Under the pieces are notes generated by a model, which saw nothing but the letters and a program-made list of their open reading frames with translations, was not told the DNA's origin and did no database searches. 64,000 nucleotides of DNA, taken from Chrysomallon squamiferum. Its lineage: Eukaryota > Animalia > Mollusca. The DNA lies in NCBI GenBank assembly GCA_012295275.1, contig CM022677.1, forward strand, positions 12,338,001-12,402,000, in the 5' to 3' direction. A program made the position numbers and the translations under genes. Below, in pieces: positions 1 to 11,925 of this stretch (its first letter is position 1; the number at the start of each line of letters is the position of its first letter).

Positions 1-6
1 TGTATG

Positions 7-38
<32 letters not shown>

Positions 39-766
39 ATTTATTTCGACAAATACATATTCTAAGTTTCAATAAGATGTACAGTGAGTTACTGATCTTT
101 ATTAAATGCTTCATGTAAATTTTCAGTGAGTTTTGTGGATCTTGATGTGCAATCTATGACAACTAAGAAGCAGTTCATTATGTATATAGAATAAAGTGAT
201 GAAAGGATCAATATAAGACCATATTTTGAAAAAGCGGTTGTTTAAATGAATGTAAATGAGAACAATCCATCAAAATCTGTTTCAATACATACTGACAGTG
301 TTCACACCAAGTGAATGAAGTTCTTCAAAAATAAAAATATTGTCAAAGTAAATTCACCAATACTGGGATGACAAAGACAGTTTCATCCATCAGTATTTGC
401 CTGACTCCCTCCTTCATTCATCTAGCTAAGTGTGTTAGATATGATATGTATGTGTGTATGTGTTTGAAGATGTGTTTTCTTATTACTGAGAAAATGGGTG
501 TATATGCATAATGTGTGTGCAAGAGTGTGCATGTATTTTTGAGAGAGAGATGAAATGATGGACTGGAAGTTTGATAGACTGACAGCGAGATATGTATAAT
601 GAGAGGGATATACAATTAGTGAGAGAGATTGACAGAGTGGAAGAGATGTAGATGACAGACATACAGATAGATACAGAGATATGTGTAGAGAGCTATGGTG
701 ATATGTGTGTGAGGAAGAAAGTGTCAGTATGTTAATGTGTTAGTGAGATAAGATGGGAGTAGGTGA

Positions 767-1110
767 TTTAGAGTTAATTATGTTTGTGTATGTTTTATAG
801 ATAGATACAGAGATGGTAATGAGTATGTGAATTAGAGTTAATTATGTTTGTGGATGTGTTTTATAGCTAGATAAAGAGATACTAATGAGTATGTGAATTA
901 GAGTTAATTATGTTTGTGGATGTGTTTTATAGCTAGATAAAGAGATAGTAATGAGTATGTGAATTAGAGTGAATTATGTTTGTGGATGTGTTTTATAGCT
1001 AGATAAAGAGATGGTAATGAGTATGTGAATTAGAGTGAATTATGTTTGTGTATGTGTTTTATAGATAGATAAAGAGATGGATATGTATATTGAATTAGAG
1101 TGAATTATTT
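767..1110. repeat. 66-bp minisatellite, about 5 copies
   Basis: Unit GAGTTAATTATGTTTGTGGATGTGTTTTATAGCTAGATAAAGAGAT(A/G)GTAATGAGTATGTGAATTA recurs at 66-bp spacing (e.g. 901, 967, 1033). Confidence 0.9.
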
Positions 1111-1985
1111 CTGGCTGGCGACATCGAAATAATATCTGGAAAATAAAAATCTAGTACGAAATGTGTACGAGATAGTATGACGTCAGAGTACCAAAAAAAA
1201 CCCCCAAAAATTAAATCAAAAATTGTTTTCGACCTTTGCAGCAATTACTGCTCAATAATAGGCATATATGTATCAACGGCATTAGTTATATGATGTATTT
1301 CCTCAAATTAATTTTAATAATCCATTTAGACTTGATTGGATGTTTAAAAGTTTGTAAACACTGATCGGCGTTCGACGCTGCCATTTTGGATTTCGATCGG
1401 AAGTTTCCGTGATCACTCGGAAACCGTCTGATCGGGTTTTAAAAACATTCAATAAAATAAGCATTTTACAATAATTCAAAAAATAATAATAACACATTAA
1501 ATAAACAAAAACTAAAAGACAAAGAAACCTCAAGGAATGTTATTAAGCTGGTGCTGTTTGTTATAAAATATTATACAAAATTAGTTCTTTTCAACTAAAA
1601 GCAGCAAATCTAATTTACCGTCGCATCGCAAATGCGGAGTAATCTGTTTCAAAAGTTTGTGGTCTACGCGAAATAACTCTATTTAACACGTTGGAAAATA
1701 TACAAAAAAGATTGAGTGACAAGTAAAATATTAAAAAGAACAAAATAACAAAAAGAAATCACATAGAATTTTTTAATTTTTTTTTCAATAAATGAAGCGA
1801 CGAACGATTATTAGTGACATCATAAGTCTGCTGAATATAGATCATTCACTCAATTTACTGAATTCACTAAAATGATTTTATTTAAACCTATATATTATTT
1901 TTTATTTCTATTTAATATAATTGTTTCTTTATAATAAATATACGCCTGAAATAATTTTATTTACTTTCTTGCTCTTTTCTTTTTA
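1110..1985 (-). repeat. Dispersed repeat family A, copy 1 (promoter/first-exon-like)
   Basis: Shares AAAAGTTTGTAAACACTGATCGGCGTTCGA.GCTGCCAT.TTGGATTTCGATCGGAAGTTTCCGT and AAAGCAGCAAATCTAATTTACCGTC...GGAGTAATCT blocks with copies near 6.6-7.5, 28.9-30.1 and 54.3-55.0 kb. Confidence 0.85.
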
Positions 1986-2996
1986 CCTTGTTACAGTATT
2001 CTTTTTAATTATTCTTTTTAATTTATCATTTTAATTAGGTCCAACAAGCACGGCAGGACAGTTGACATGATGCGAAAAGCAGCTCAGACCACAAACTGAT
2101 AAAAAAAAACATCCGATGAATATAAAGTTGATAATAATTATTAAAACATTATTTACGAAACATCATAAACGTGAAGAATGTGAACATGGTGATCAGTAAA
2201 TATAATCATTGAAATTTAGATTAATTTATTACAATAATCGGACATCTCGGTTCTTGGTTTCGTTTCGGTTTGAATAGCAAGACATATCTTTGCGGTAGAT
2301 ATACCTAAAATAACATGAATTACTTTGAAAATAAAAAAATAATTATTGATGACAATAGTTAAAATATAAATTATAATAAGATTACTGAAGATTTCGTGCT
2401 TACAAATTATAATTTATACTAAGTGTACACTCGGTGTTTATTTTTATATCGATCGGAGCTGAAAATAAAAATAAATATCCGCCTAACTTCGTTTTTACGT
2501 TCGGGTATATGACGTCATCAATGCTTTGTTTACATAGATACAGCTGGCGATATTGAAGATTAGGGCATTCGAGTTAGTTCTGACTCTATTTCCTTCTTTT
2601 TTACTTTATATATTGAATTGCATCCAGAAGTGATGAAGGTTACATTTGTGTAGGTATAATTTTTATATTATTAACATATTTAAGTCCAAACTGGACATAT
2701 TGTTTTATTCACAGTAGAGGTTGTGCTAGATTATTTTTAGTTTAGATAATCAACGATAACTGAAAACTGTGTGTCTGCACTACTTTCTAACCTCTAATGT
2801 TATGATTCCTGTTTCTTATATTGTTAATATACCCTTGTCAAAATATGTTTATTTTTACATAAAAATAACAACAACAATCAATTACAGATAGTGTTTCAAA
2901 TGTTTTTATTTAAAAAGAATAAAGGAGTGTAAAACATATCTCATTATCTGACAACTATTATTTTATTAATTCTTCACGTCTAAAAATATTTAGTGA

Positions 2997-3332
2997 ATGG
3001 TTTCTATAAAATACTTGAACAGTTCTGTTATTTTGAGAATCCGTTTCGAAGAGCCCATGGACGTCCACCCCTTCGACGACAGAGACATTCAATCAGTGGA
3101 CGTCGACCCCTTCGACGACAGAGACATTCAATCAGTGGAGGTTGACCCATTCGATGACAGAGACATTCAATCAGTGGAGGTTGACCCCTTCGCCGACAGA
3201 GACATTCAACCAATGGAGGTTGACCCCTTCGATGACAGAGACATTCAACCAGTGCAGGTTGACCCATTCGACGACAGAGACATTCAACCAATGGAGGTTG
3301 ACCCATTTGAAGAACCCATGGATACATCCTGA
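2997..3332 (+). CDS. Acidic 13-aa tandem-repeat protein or terminal exon (VDPFDDRDIQ[S/P][V/M]E x about 6, flanked by EEPMD motifs); function unknown
   Basis: 39-bp units vary largely at synonymous positions in the + frame (GTC/GTT, CCC/CCA, GAC/GAT) or conservatively (D/E, V/M). AATAAA at 3347-3352 follows the stop. The true 5' end is uncertain. Confidence 0.5.
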   Translation: MVSIKYLNSSVILRIRFEEPMDVHPFDDRDIQSVDVDPFDDRDIQSVEVDPFDDRDIQSVEVDPFADRDIQPMEVDPFDDRDIQPVQVDPFDDRDIQPMEVDPFEEPMDTS

Positions 3333-4824
3333 GTATAAGGTATCATAATAAAATATGTTGAAACATTATTATTTTTCGCAAGTATTCTCTACTTTCATAT
3401 TAGACACAGCCATACTGCGAATGAAGTAAAGATAACATTATATAATAAATAAACATTTTTCTTTTCTTCTTGTACAGGTGGATTTCTTTGGTTCTCCCGA
3501 TCGTTCACGTCCAATGCAAGGACACCGACGTCCATGGGCTCCACCCTCTTCCCGTGTGTAGCGGGCACGTGAAAAGCACGACCTGGAGCTGACTTGAAGC
3601 GAAAAGCAGCTGAAAGCATGAACTGGCAAAAACAACTGATGAACACAAAAGTTGAAAAAAAGTTTCAAACACGAAACATAAAAATGTAAATCATGCCAGT
3701 CATTTATATCTTGATCGGTTCTGGTGATTAAAGAGTTCTTTTCTCTCAGTGTGCATTTATGAACATATATTTAGATAACAGTAACAATAATTCAGAAATG
3801 TTTTAGAATACATATACATATATATATTCAAACCATGTATATACTATATACTTTTACATTTGTAAAGATTAATATTTTTCTAAATTAAAAGGTGGGGTTG
3901 TTTTTCTCTTTCATGCAATCAGGTTTAGCACAGATTTTGTTTTTAAAATCTACATTATTACATAATTAAATATAGTTTATAAATTTTAATTTGAACTATT
4001 TATTTTTTGTTTTGAAGTGTCCAAACTCATTTCAGAAATGATATCAGATTTTATTCATACTGAGAAGACAGAAATCTCGTGTGGTTAGCCGCTCTTAGCA
4101 ATCTATATTTAGGGTATTGCTACTTTTTTCTAATTTTGAATACAGTGCCATTACTTTGAAAGTTCTTTCTATATACAGATATACAGACAGGCTATCAGAG
4201 TAGAGACAGAAGTGTATGTACTTAAGAATAAGTTATGACATATAAATACTTCACTCTGGCTTTCTTACAATCTATGTCACTCTGCAGATTACTCTAATTA
4301 GATGGATTATTTTATTTTACCAGATATTACTTGATAATTAAGTATTATACGTTCTGTGTTTAATATACTATTTAGCAGAAAATATTATAGACACTTCTTA
4401 TCTTATCATATTTACCTTCTAATCAGCAGATGAAGACTATGCTTTCAGTGTAGACAAACACAGACTAGATTTCCAGATTAATGTTCTCTTCATAAACAAT
4501 ACCAGAAATCACTAATCTCTCATTAACAATTTATTGGTATTTCCAGTCATGCCTCCCCCCCAACTCCACATATTCCTCTCAACACAGTTTATAGATTAAG
4601 TCAATTTCCATTGATGTATCACTGAATCCATGGACCTACAATGAGGATCTTATTTGTTAACAATGTGATAATGTCTGAAAAGTAACTGCTTATATAACTG
4701 AAAACCTTTGAGTCCATCATTCCCTCTTTTTATCCTTTTATTATTTTCCCAGTTCTTCTTTGCACCAAAACTTTCATCCATCTAACACTCCATCCATCCT
4801 TACCTACCTGCATGTTTGTATCTA

Positions 4825-5085
4825 ACTATTTGGAAGCCCAATCTACATTTCTAAATGTACACAGAGTTTTTGAAGTAAAATCACACCTGTAATGTTTACT
4901 ATAATGCTACAGTACCCACATAAAACAACGACAACAACGACAACGACAACAACGACAACGACAACAACAATAGTAATATAAATCAAATAAAATGTTAATC
5001 TTTATTCGATTTCTTTACTTCTCAATATCCATAAGACTTCAAACGTTAACATCATCGCTCCTGTCTGGATGTCTATATATTTGTT
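4825..5085. repeat. Dispersed repeat, also at about 32505-32750 and partially at 33495-33550
   Basis: Shared CCCAATCTACATTTCT...AAAATCACACCTGTA.TGTTTACTATAATGCTAC...GTTAACATCATCGCTCC.GTCTGGATGTC. Confidence 0.75.
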
Positions 5086-6272
5086 TTATTTCATCATCAA
5101 TTTCTCTGACTATTTGTCTATCTGTCTGTATCTTTATTGGTCAACCTGTGGTTTAGCTTAATCTCGCACCTGCTCACCTCTTTCTAACATAGAAACAGAC
5201 TTTAATGAAGAAATACGATATTTTTTACTCATATGCATGTGCCCATTACCTGTCTAGCTAACCATTTACTCATCACTATCCTCTCTCTGTCTGTCTGTCT
5301 GTATCTATATTTATTTATATGATTATCTCTCATTCTCTGAAAAATCATATTTAAATACACATGGCATACTTCTCTGTTTCATAGTGAGGTCAATATCTTT
5401 TCTCTCTCTGTAAAACACAAACACATATAATCACACCTACATATCAGTTTCTCTCAGGCTAGCTATCTAACTGCAATCTAACACCCATATAAACATACTC
5501 TTATTCATACATTCAGTTATATACCAATCCTCTAACATAGATACAAATACTCATGATTATGACTATATGTATCCATGTATCTATTTATGTTGTTTGTATA
5601 GTTGATTCTGTGTGTTTGTGGGTGTGTTCATACATCCATCTATATCTACCCTCTCTAACACACATATATATAAACATACATCTATTCACTCATGTATTTA
5701 TTTATTTATATTTAATATTATCTCTCTATCAATCATCTGACTCTCTCAAAAATCTTTGACACCCATTTATATACCCATTCTCTCTAACACATATATTTAT
5801 GCACACACATACACATCAGTTTATCTATGTTAGCTGTACATATCTATCTACATATATGTACCTAATTATTGTCTACCTAATATATCAATCTATCTTTGAA
5901 GCGATGCCTAACTATCTCTATATCAATCTATCTCACCTTCTCAGTTATACATAGCCACAGTCTATTTTGTTGTCACACAAAACACAAACGAACACAAACA
6001 TACACACACACACACACGTACGTATACACTCTCTCTATTTACATCCTTTTAAAATATTTAAATACACTCTTTCTATCTAGTGATCTATCTATAAATATAT
6101 TTATGTATTTATCTATTTATCCCATATACATAAGCAACAGAGTCAGTCGTTCTTACAGATGTGCAGATATACTCATGCCTCCTTGCATCTGTCTATCTTT
6201 CTAGTAATCTATTTATCTTTCTTCTGTCTATCAAGTTACCTGTCTGTTATCATCTACCATCTATCCACTCTT

Positions 6273-6322
<50 letters not shown>

Positions 6323-6614
6323 ATGTAGTTACTTATCCTTTTATATAGATATACATACCAATCATTTTCTAAACATACAAATACATTATCATTCCTATAC
6401 ACGTGTATGTGTATATATGTATGTATGTATGTGTGTGTATCTACTTGGATAGATCCATCCTTCCAACCAACGTCAGTGAAAATTATTTATTTCATTTTAA
6501 TTTATTTTATTTCAATTATTTTATTTTATTTTTATTTATTTACTTATTTTTTTTTTTATTTTTTTTTTTTTTTTTTTTTGGTTGATGTCGTAATAAAAAA
6601 AGTGAAAAAAAAAA

Positions 6615-7482
6615 AATAGTACGAAATGGGTACGAGATGGTATATTACGTCAACGTCAGAAAAAACAAAAGAATAAAAAAAAGAAATGTTACCACATTTT
6701 CAGCAATTACTATAGAGTATTAGCCATCTATGTATAAGAGGCATTGGTTATATGACATACTTCTCCAAATTACTTTTAATGATCCATGAAGAATTATTGC
6801 ATTATAAAGGTCTACATGTTTAAAAGTGTGTAAATATTGATCGGCGTTCGATGCTGCCATCTTGGATTTCGATCGGAAGTTTCCGTGAGGTCACGGAAGT
6901 TTTTAAACTTCCAAATACAATTATTTTACGTCTACTTTCTGAACTTTTTATCATTTACACTGATAAAGATGGTTGTTCATATTAAAAACACAGCCTTTCC
7001 TAACTACTTTTTTCAACTAAAATAAATGAAATAAATAAATAAAATAAATAAATAAAATTAAATGAAAAACATTAAATGAAATAGCAATTTTACAATAATT
7101 CATCAAATAATAATATCATGTCAAAATAAACCAAAAATACAGGAAACTGGTTAGTTAAAAGACAAAGAAAACGCAGGGAATGTTAATAAGCTGGTTCTGT
7201 CTGCTACAAAACATTATACAGAATTGGTTATTTTCATCTAAAAGCAGCAAATCTAATTTACCGTCACCTCGCATATGCGAGGAGTAATCTATTTCAGAAG
7301 TTCGTGGTCTAAGAGAAACAACTCTATTTAACACGCACGTTGGTAAATATACAAAAAAGACTGAGTGTTGAGTAAAATTAAAATAAAAGAAAAAAAAAAT
7401 AAAATAAAAAAATTCCAGTCGCTTGAATATAGATCATTCACTGAATTTACTAAATTCACTAAAATTATTTTATTTAAAACTA
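6615..7482 (-). repeat. Dispersed repeat family A, copy 2 (truncated by pogo-like insertion)
   Basis: Same conserved blocks as copy 1; nearly collinear with 54335-55045. Confidence 0.85.
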
Positions 7483-8185
7483 GTAGTAAGTTGGGGTAAT
7501 TCTGGCCTCAGGGCAATTCTGGCCTCCGAGGTATATTATGACTTGCATCCGCTATACTGGATTTTGAGGTTTCAAAAGTGAGTGTTATTTTTTAGTCCTA
7601 TAGACATAAGGTTAGTGATAAATTATAACAGGTAAACATATAATCGGTTTTTAAGTTCAGCAGAAGAAACTTGATTAATATGTGATAATTAGGCAAGAAA
7701 TATGCTTTTTATTTTACTCCACCACTTGGGGCAATAAAATCAAAAGGATGAGGTATGCCGAGGCATTGACAGAAGAAGAAAGTGTCAAGAGGTATGAAGA
7801 AGAGTTGGCAGAGAAGAAGAAGAAGGAGGAAGAAAAGGCAAAGAAAGCAAATGTTTTAGAGGCAAAATTACAAAAAAAAAAAAATAGAAGATACCAAAGT
7901 CAAAACGGCAGTTCAATTTGAATGCTACAGCAGAACCGGTGGATGCAGCCAAAGAAAACGTTGATGGTGATGAGCCTGAACTAGAAGACAGAGATGTAGT
8001 AGATACACAAGAAAAATGTGAACTCTGTGGCAGAGTTGATGATGGAATGAATTCTGACGAGTTCATAGGATGTGACGGGTGCCCAAATTGGTATTGTCTT
8101 GATTCTTGCGCAAAATCTTGAAATCCCAGCTGGTGCAGACTTTAAAGATATTGTATTCTTGTGTGATATTTGTCAAGGAGTTTAG
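7483..8185 (+). mobile_element. Internally deleted pogo-like (Tc1/mariner superfamily) DNA transposon with C-terminal K/E-rich and PHD-finger remnant
   Basis: Left end TA|GTAGTAAGTTGGGGTAATTCTGGCC with repeated GGG(C/T)AATTCTGGCC motifs. It then jumps to EALTEEESVKRYEEELAEKKKKEEEK and a PHD-like CELC-x14-CDGC...WY...C, completed after a frameshift by LEIPAGADFKDIVFLCDIC. No DDE domain remains. Confidence 0.65.
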
Positions 8186-8384
8186 TTTATTGAAGTTTTG
8201 AATTTGACTTGTATTATGATTAGGACTAATTATTATTAGTAGTAAACAATGATTATATAGCAATAATCAGTACAACAAATTTGAGGACCAAACTACTCAT
8301 GAATTACTATTTTATTTATCATTTTAAGTAGTATTATTGCAATTAGTGTTGTTGTTTTTATCGTTAATGTCGTTATGTCAGTAT

Positions 8385-9696
8385 TACAGTCGTCATTATA
8401 AAGAAAGAAACAATTATCAACAAATAAACAGAGATAGATAGATAGACACACACACACACACACACACACACAACACACACACATAGAAAAGAAATAGTTT
8501 GGTATACGTGTTTGCCTTAGAGGATAGTTATATACGAAAGTTCATATCAGTGAGACGGTGTTTATGTATATAGTTAAATAATAGACAGATAGATACATTG
8601 ATGGACATAGAGATAGATAGACATTTTACATTTCATAGGCAAATGAACTTGTAAGAAAATGTTTGTACATGCATTACTATATAATATCACATTAACCTCG
8701 CTTTTCACAACTTTTCTTTTATTGGTCATTTTAATTATTCAGTTCAGTTTTGGGTTTTTCTATCTGTCTGTGTGTCTGTATGTCTGTCTATGGATTTATC
8801 TCTATATATGTCTGTCTGTCTCACTCTCCATCTATCTGTCTGTCTATCTGTCTATCCACCTACCTATCTACCTCTCAGATTGCAGTGATAAGTGCAGGTG
8901 TCGCTGTAATTAAAACTTCAGTAAAAGAAATGATAAACACTGCAGAAAACATTGATAATAAAGAAGCGATGATATTTTATCTCACTGGGAGAGTTCTGTG
9001 TATGCCTAAAATACTGAAGGATCTTAGATATTAATATTAATATTAATATATTTATCTTTTTATTTATTTGTCCCTGTAAACGGCAACTGAAATGTCCTTT
9101 GTATTGCAGTAATGAACAAAAAAAAAAAATGTTCTTGTTATTATGATGAACGCTGTTTACCACATATAATGGAACTGAACGACAATATTTACAGTTTATT
9201 TGCTTCAACCTGATTATACTAATACATTTAAATTCAGCGAAAGAACCTTATTTTTTACATTCATATATAGATTATATCTAGTTGAATATTGTCTAATTAT
9301 CAATTTAATTTTTAGGGGAGATAATAGGATATCACTTTCTACAGTTAATTAAGAATTAATCTGTAACAGCGCAGTATATTTACAGAACTTGTGTTATAAT
9401 AAACAAGATTCATCTCGCGCATCCTCGCCTTTTCACTTTACTTTTAATAATAAAAACGTCTATTAATGTTTCTCTATATTCTAGACTTTTCTAGTATTTA
9501 AGAAAGATGCACTTGCAAATATCAATAACATGGTGAAGTTAATTCATCTTAATCTAGCCTCTCACCTCTCAACTGCAAATCTACTAACTTAATATAAAAA
9601 AAAAAAGAAAAAAAAAAGAATAATACGCATTATTAAACGTTGATTCATTATTCAACTTGTTAGATACGTTATACCTGTTAATGAAAAATTAAGCTT

Positions 9697-9732
<36 letters not shown>

Positions 9733-11200
9733 TTATGCAAAATAAAATTATCTAATATTGTTAATAAAAAAAAATACCTCTATTTTTCAATACATAATAT
9801 TACCGCTACGCCTCTGTTTACAACATAAAACGTAACATAAATAGTGATGGCGGTACTGAAGTTGCATCTTATTTTCATAAGCCGTGTAAAATTACTCCTA
9901 CTTAGCTGTTCTGTGAAACAAGTTCTGTTAATAAAATGTCACATTAGTATGGAAGCTGTCTCGATATTCTCATATAATTCTACTGCTGTTTATAAAAAAA
10001 TCACATTATTATTACAGATAAAACTAAAGATCTAAAACAGAACATAATATGCGAAATAGAGAGTTATGTACCCTATTTTCAACAGTAGCTGTAGAGATGA
10101 TACTTGGTGAGTTAGATTTTCAGATTCATATTATTAACAAAAGACTTAATTGCTCTCTCTCTCTCCCTTCCTGATAGTAGTAGTACTGGAAGAAAATATT
10201 ATATTTTTTTTTACTTCCAGACAAAGCGTTATATGTATTTTAGGAAATATACTTTTTCTAAGCAGAAGAATGATGAAGCTGATTTTCAATAATTACACCA
10301 AAGACTGTGTTTTTAATTACATTTTTCTGGTTATTAATATTTAAGCAGAATATTTTAAGAAATGTGGTAGTTGTTCTTCCTATACAACGGCGAGTGTTTT
10401 GTGAAGAAACGTTTCAGTGAAACTTGTGAAGACACGACGGTTTTGTTCTTCCAAAAGTCTTATTTGAGTGTTTACTGAAACAAGAAACTTTGACGTACAG
10501 TGTATTTTTCTATGGACAAATTGCTGGACGGAATTTATGTTCTATAAATTAACAAGATTTCAGTTTTATAAACTGAGATCCAACCAAAAGTAGCTTGAAA
10601 TATTATGAATACCTCTATTTACACTGATTATCTTTAACTGAAATAAATAAATAAATAAATAAATAAATATAATTTTAATTTTAAAACCGACTGCACAATT
10701 TATATTGGATGTTGGATATTAATAGTATGTAACATTATATATGTATTTGAAATGGCGTCTGTTTAATCTGATATTTTAAAAGCTTCAGGTAAGATTGTAT
10801 TTTTTATGATGCAAAATAGAGGTAAAACATAACAAAACATCACGTTATTTTCACTAAGTATCAATAAACGTCGCTGGTTTTATATATAAAATGTGAATTA
10901 CGTCGCGTTTTACAAAACAGAAAACTTCGCTTATCTCTGTGAATTTTAATTTTAATTTCGTTAGCTTTGCAAACTCAAATTTTGTGATTCAAGTAAAGTG
11001 TAACTTCTCACGTGTTCAGTATTAATTTTTTATATATATATATTTTTTTTTTTGTTGTTGTTGTAGAGAAGAAGCTGTAACTCAGTTTAACAGAAAACTA
11101 GTTCACAACAGAGGGCTTCCCCTGTATATCTAGTCATTAAGTTATTTATTTCTGAATTTAGAAGTCCAGCGCTGAATGCCACTATAAAATAAAAAGTAAA
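8385..11200 (+). repeat. Dispersed repeat family B, copy 1 (about 2.8 kb)
   Basis: Collinear blocks shared with 31005-34910 and 38270-39165, e.g. TATTACCGCTACGCCTCTGTT, TTCCAGACAAAGCGTT, GTTTTGTGAAGAAACGTTT, CTTCCCCTGTATATCTAGTCATTAAG. Confidence 0.85.
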
Positions 11201-11330
11201 TGTAAATGTAATATTTGATTAACAGCAGAAGAGATTACATAAAACCAGCGACGTTTATATTATAAACTGATACTGAGTGAAAATAACGTCATGTTTTATA
11301 ATATTTTCCTCTATTTTGCTTATTAAAAAA
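10800..11330. repeat. Inverted repeat, about 90-bp arms (10800-10887 and 11237-11330); foldback/MITE-like
   Basis: GCAAAATAGAGG...CGTTATTTTCACT.AGTATCA...TAAACGTCGCTGGTTTTAT is matched in reverse complement by ATAAAACCAGCGACGTTTA...TGATACTGAGTGAAAATAACG...CCTCTATTTTGC. Confidence 0.75.
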
Positions 11331-11369
11331 TACTGATAATTTCACGTACATCAGTTTCACGTAGGAGTC

Positions 11370-11925
11370 ATCAATGACAGACTTTTCATCCTCTGACAAC
11401 TGATAGACCATTAACATTTGAAATAATAAAATATTCAAGTTTTTTGTTATTTTAGTCTTTAGAAATCTGCACTCTGTCTAAAACGGTATATCACGTTGGT
11501 CTCAATGAATCATCCGATTTTGACAGCGTCCACTGTATTTATTTTTATTGTTTATATTTTAGTTATTTATCACATATTAATAGATACGGTATATTGTTAA
11601 TAGTATGTATGATATTCCTGGAACGTACCTACACATTTACATTTATTACTCATTATACAGCTATATACGACGTTTCGTTATCAGCGATTTTCTGTGGTGT
11701 GCAGTGACGTCCACCGAGAACCCCACAAACAGAAGAAAGAAAGAAACTATAGCTGAAGGGAGATTACTCTCATATAATTTTTATTTCGGGGGGAGGCTGG
11801 ATTTCTACTTTTATTTGAGGTGTTTGTTATTTATGGTTTGGTCAGTTAAATGTAGATTCTAAGAATCACGAAGAGCTACCTATTATATACAGGTAATGGT
11901 AGAATATTACTTTCTTGAAATGCTT
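11370..11925. repeat. Dispersed repeat family C, copy 1 (copy 2 at about 62395-62895)
   Basis: Shared TATTCCTGGAACGTACCTACACATT...CACCGAGAACCCCA.AAACAGAAGAAAGAAAGAAACTATAGCTGAAGGGAGATTACTCTCATAT. Confidence 0.85.

Noticed and set aside
3028-3348. Alternative-frame ORFs over the 39-bp repeat (Cys-rich PPLVECLCRR on the minus strand; TETFNQWRLT on the plus strand)
   Set aside because: Shadows of a repeat whose length is a multiple of three; the synonymous variation and polyA signal favour the 2997-3332 frame.
5553-6619. Hydrophobic or low-complexity ORFs here and at 22-24, 41, 44, 48-50 and 55-56 kb
   Set aside because: Produced by CA, TA, TCTA, TAA and GTA microsatellites; no domain signal.
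11605-11862. Similar ORFs in both family C copies (also 62543-62812)
   Set aside because: Similarity is explained by DNA duplication; starts and C-termini differ and there is no evident synonymous bias.
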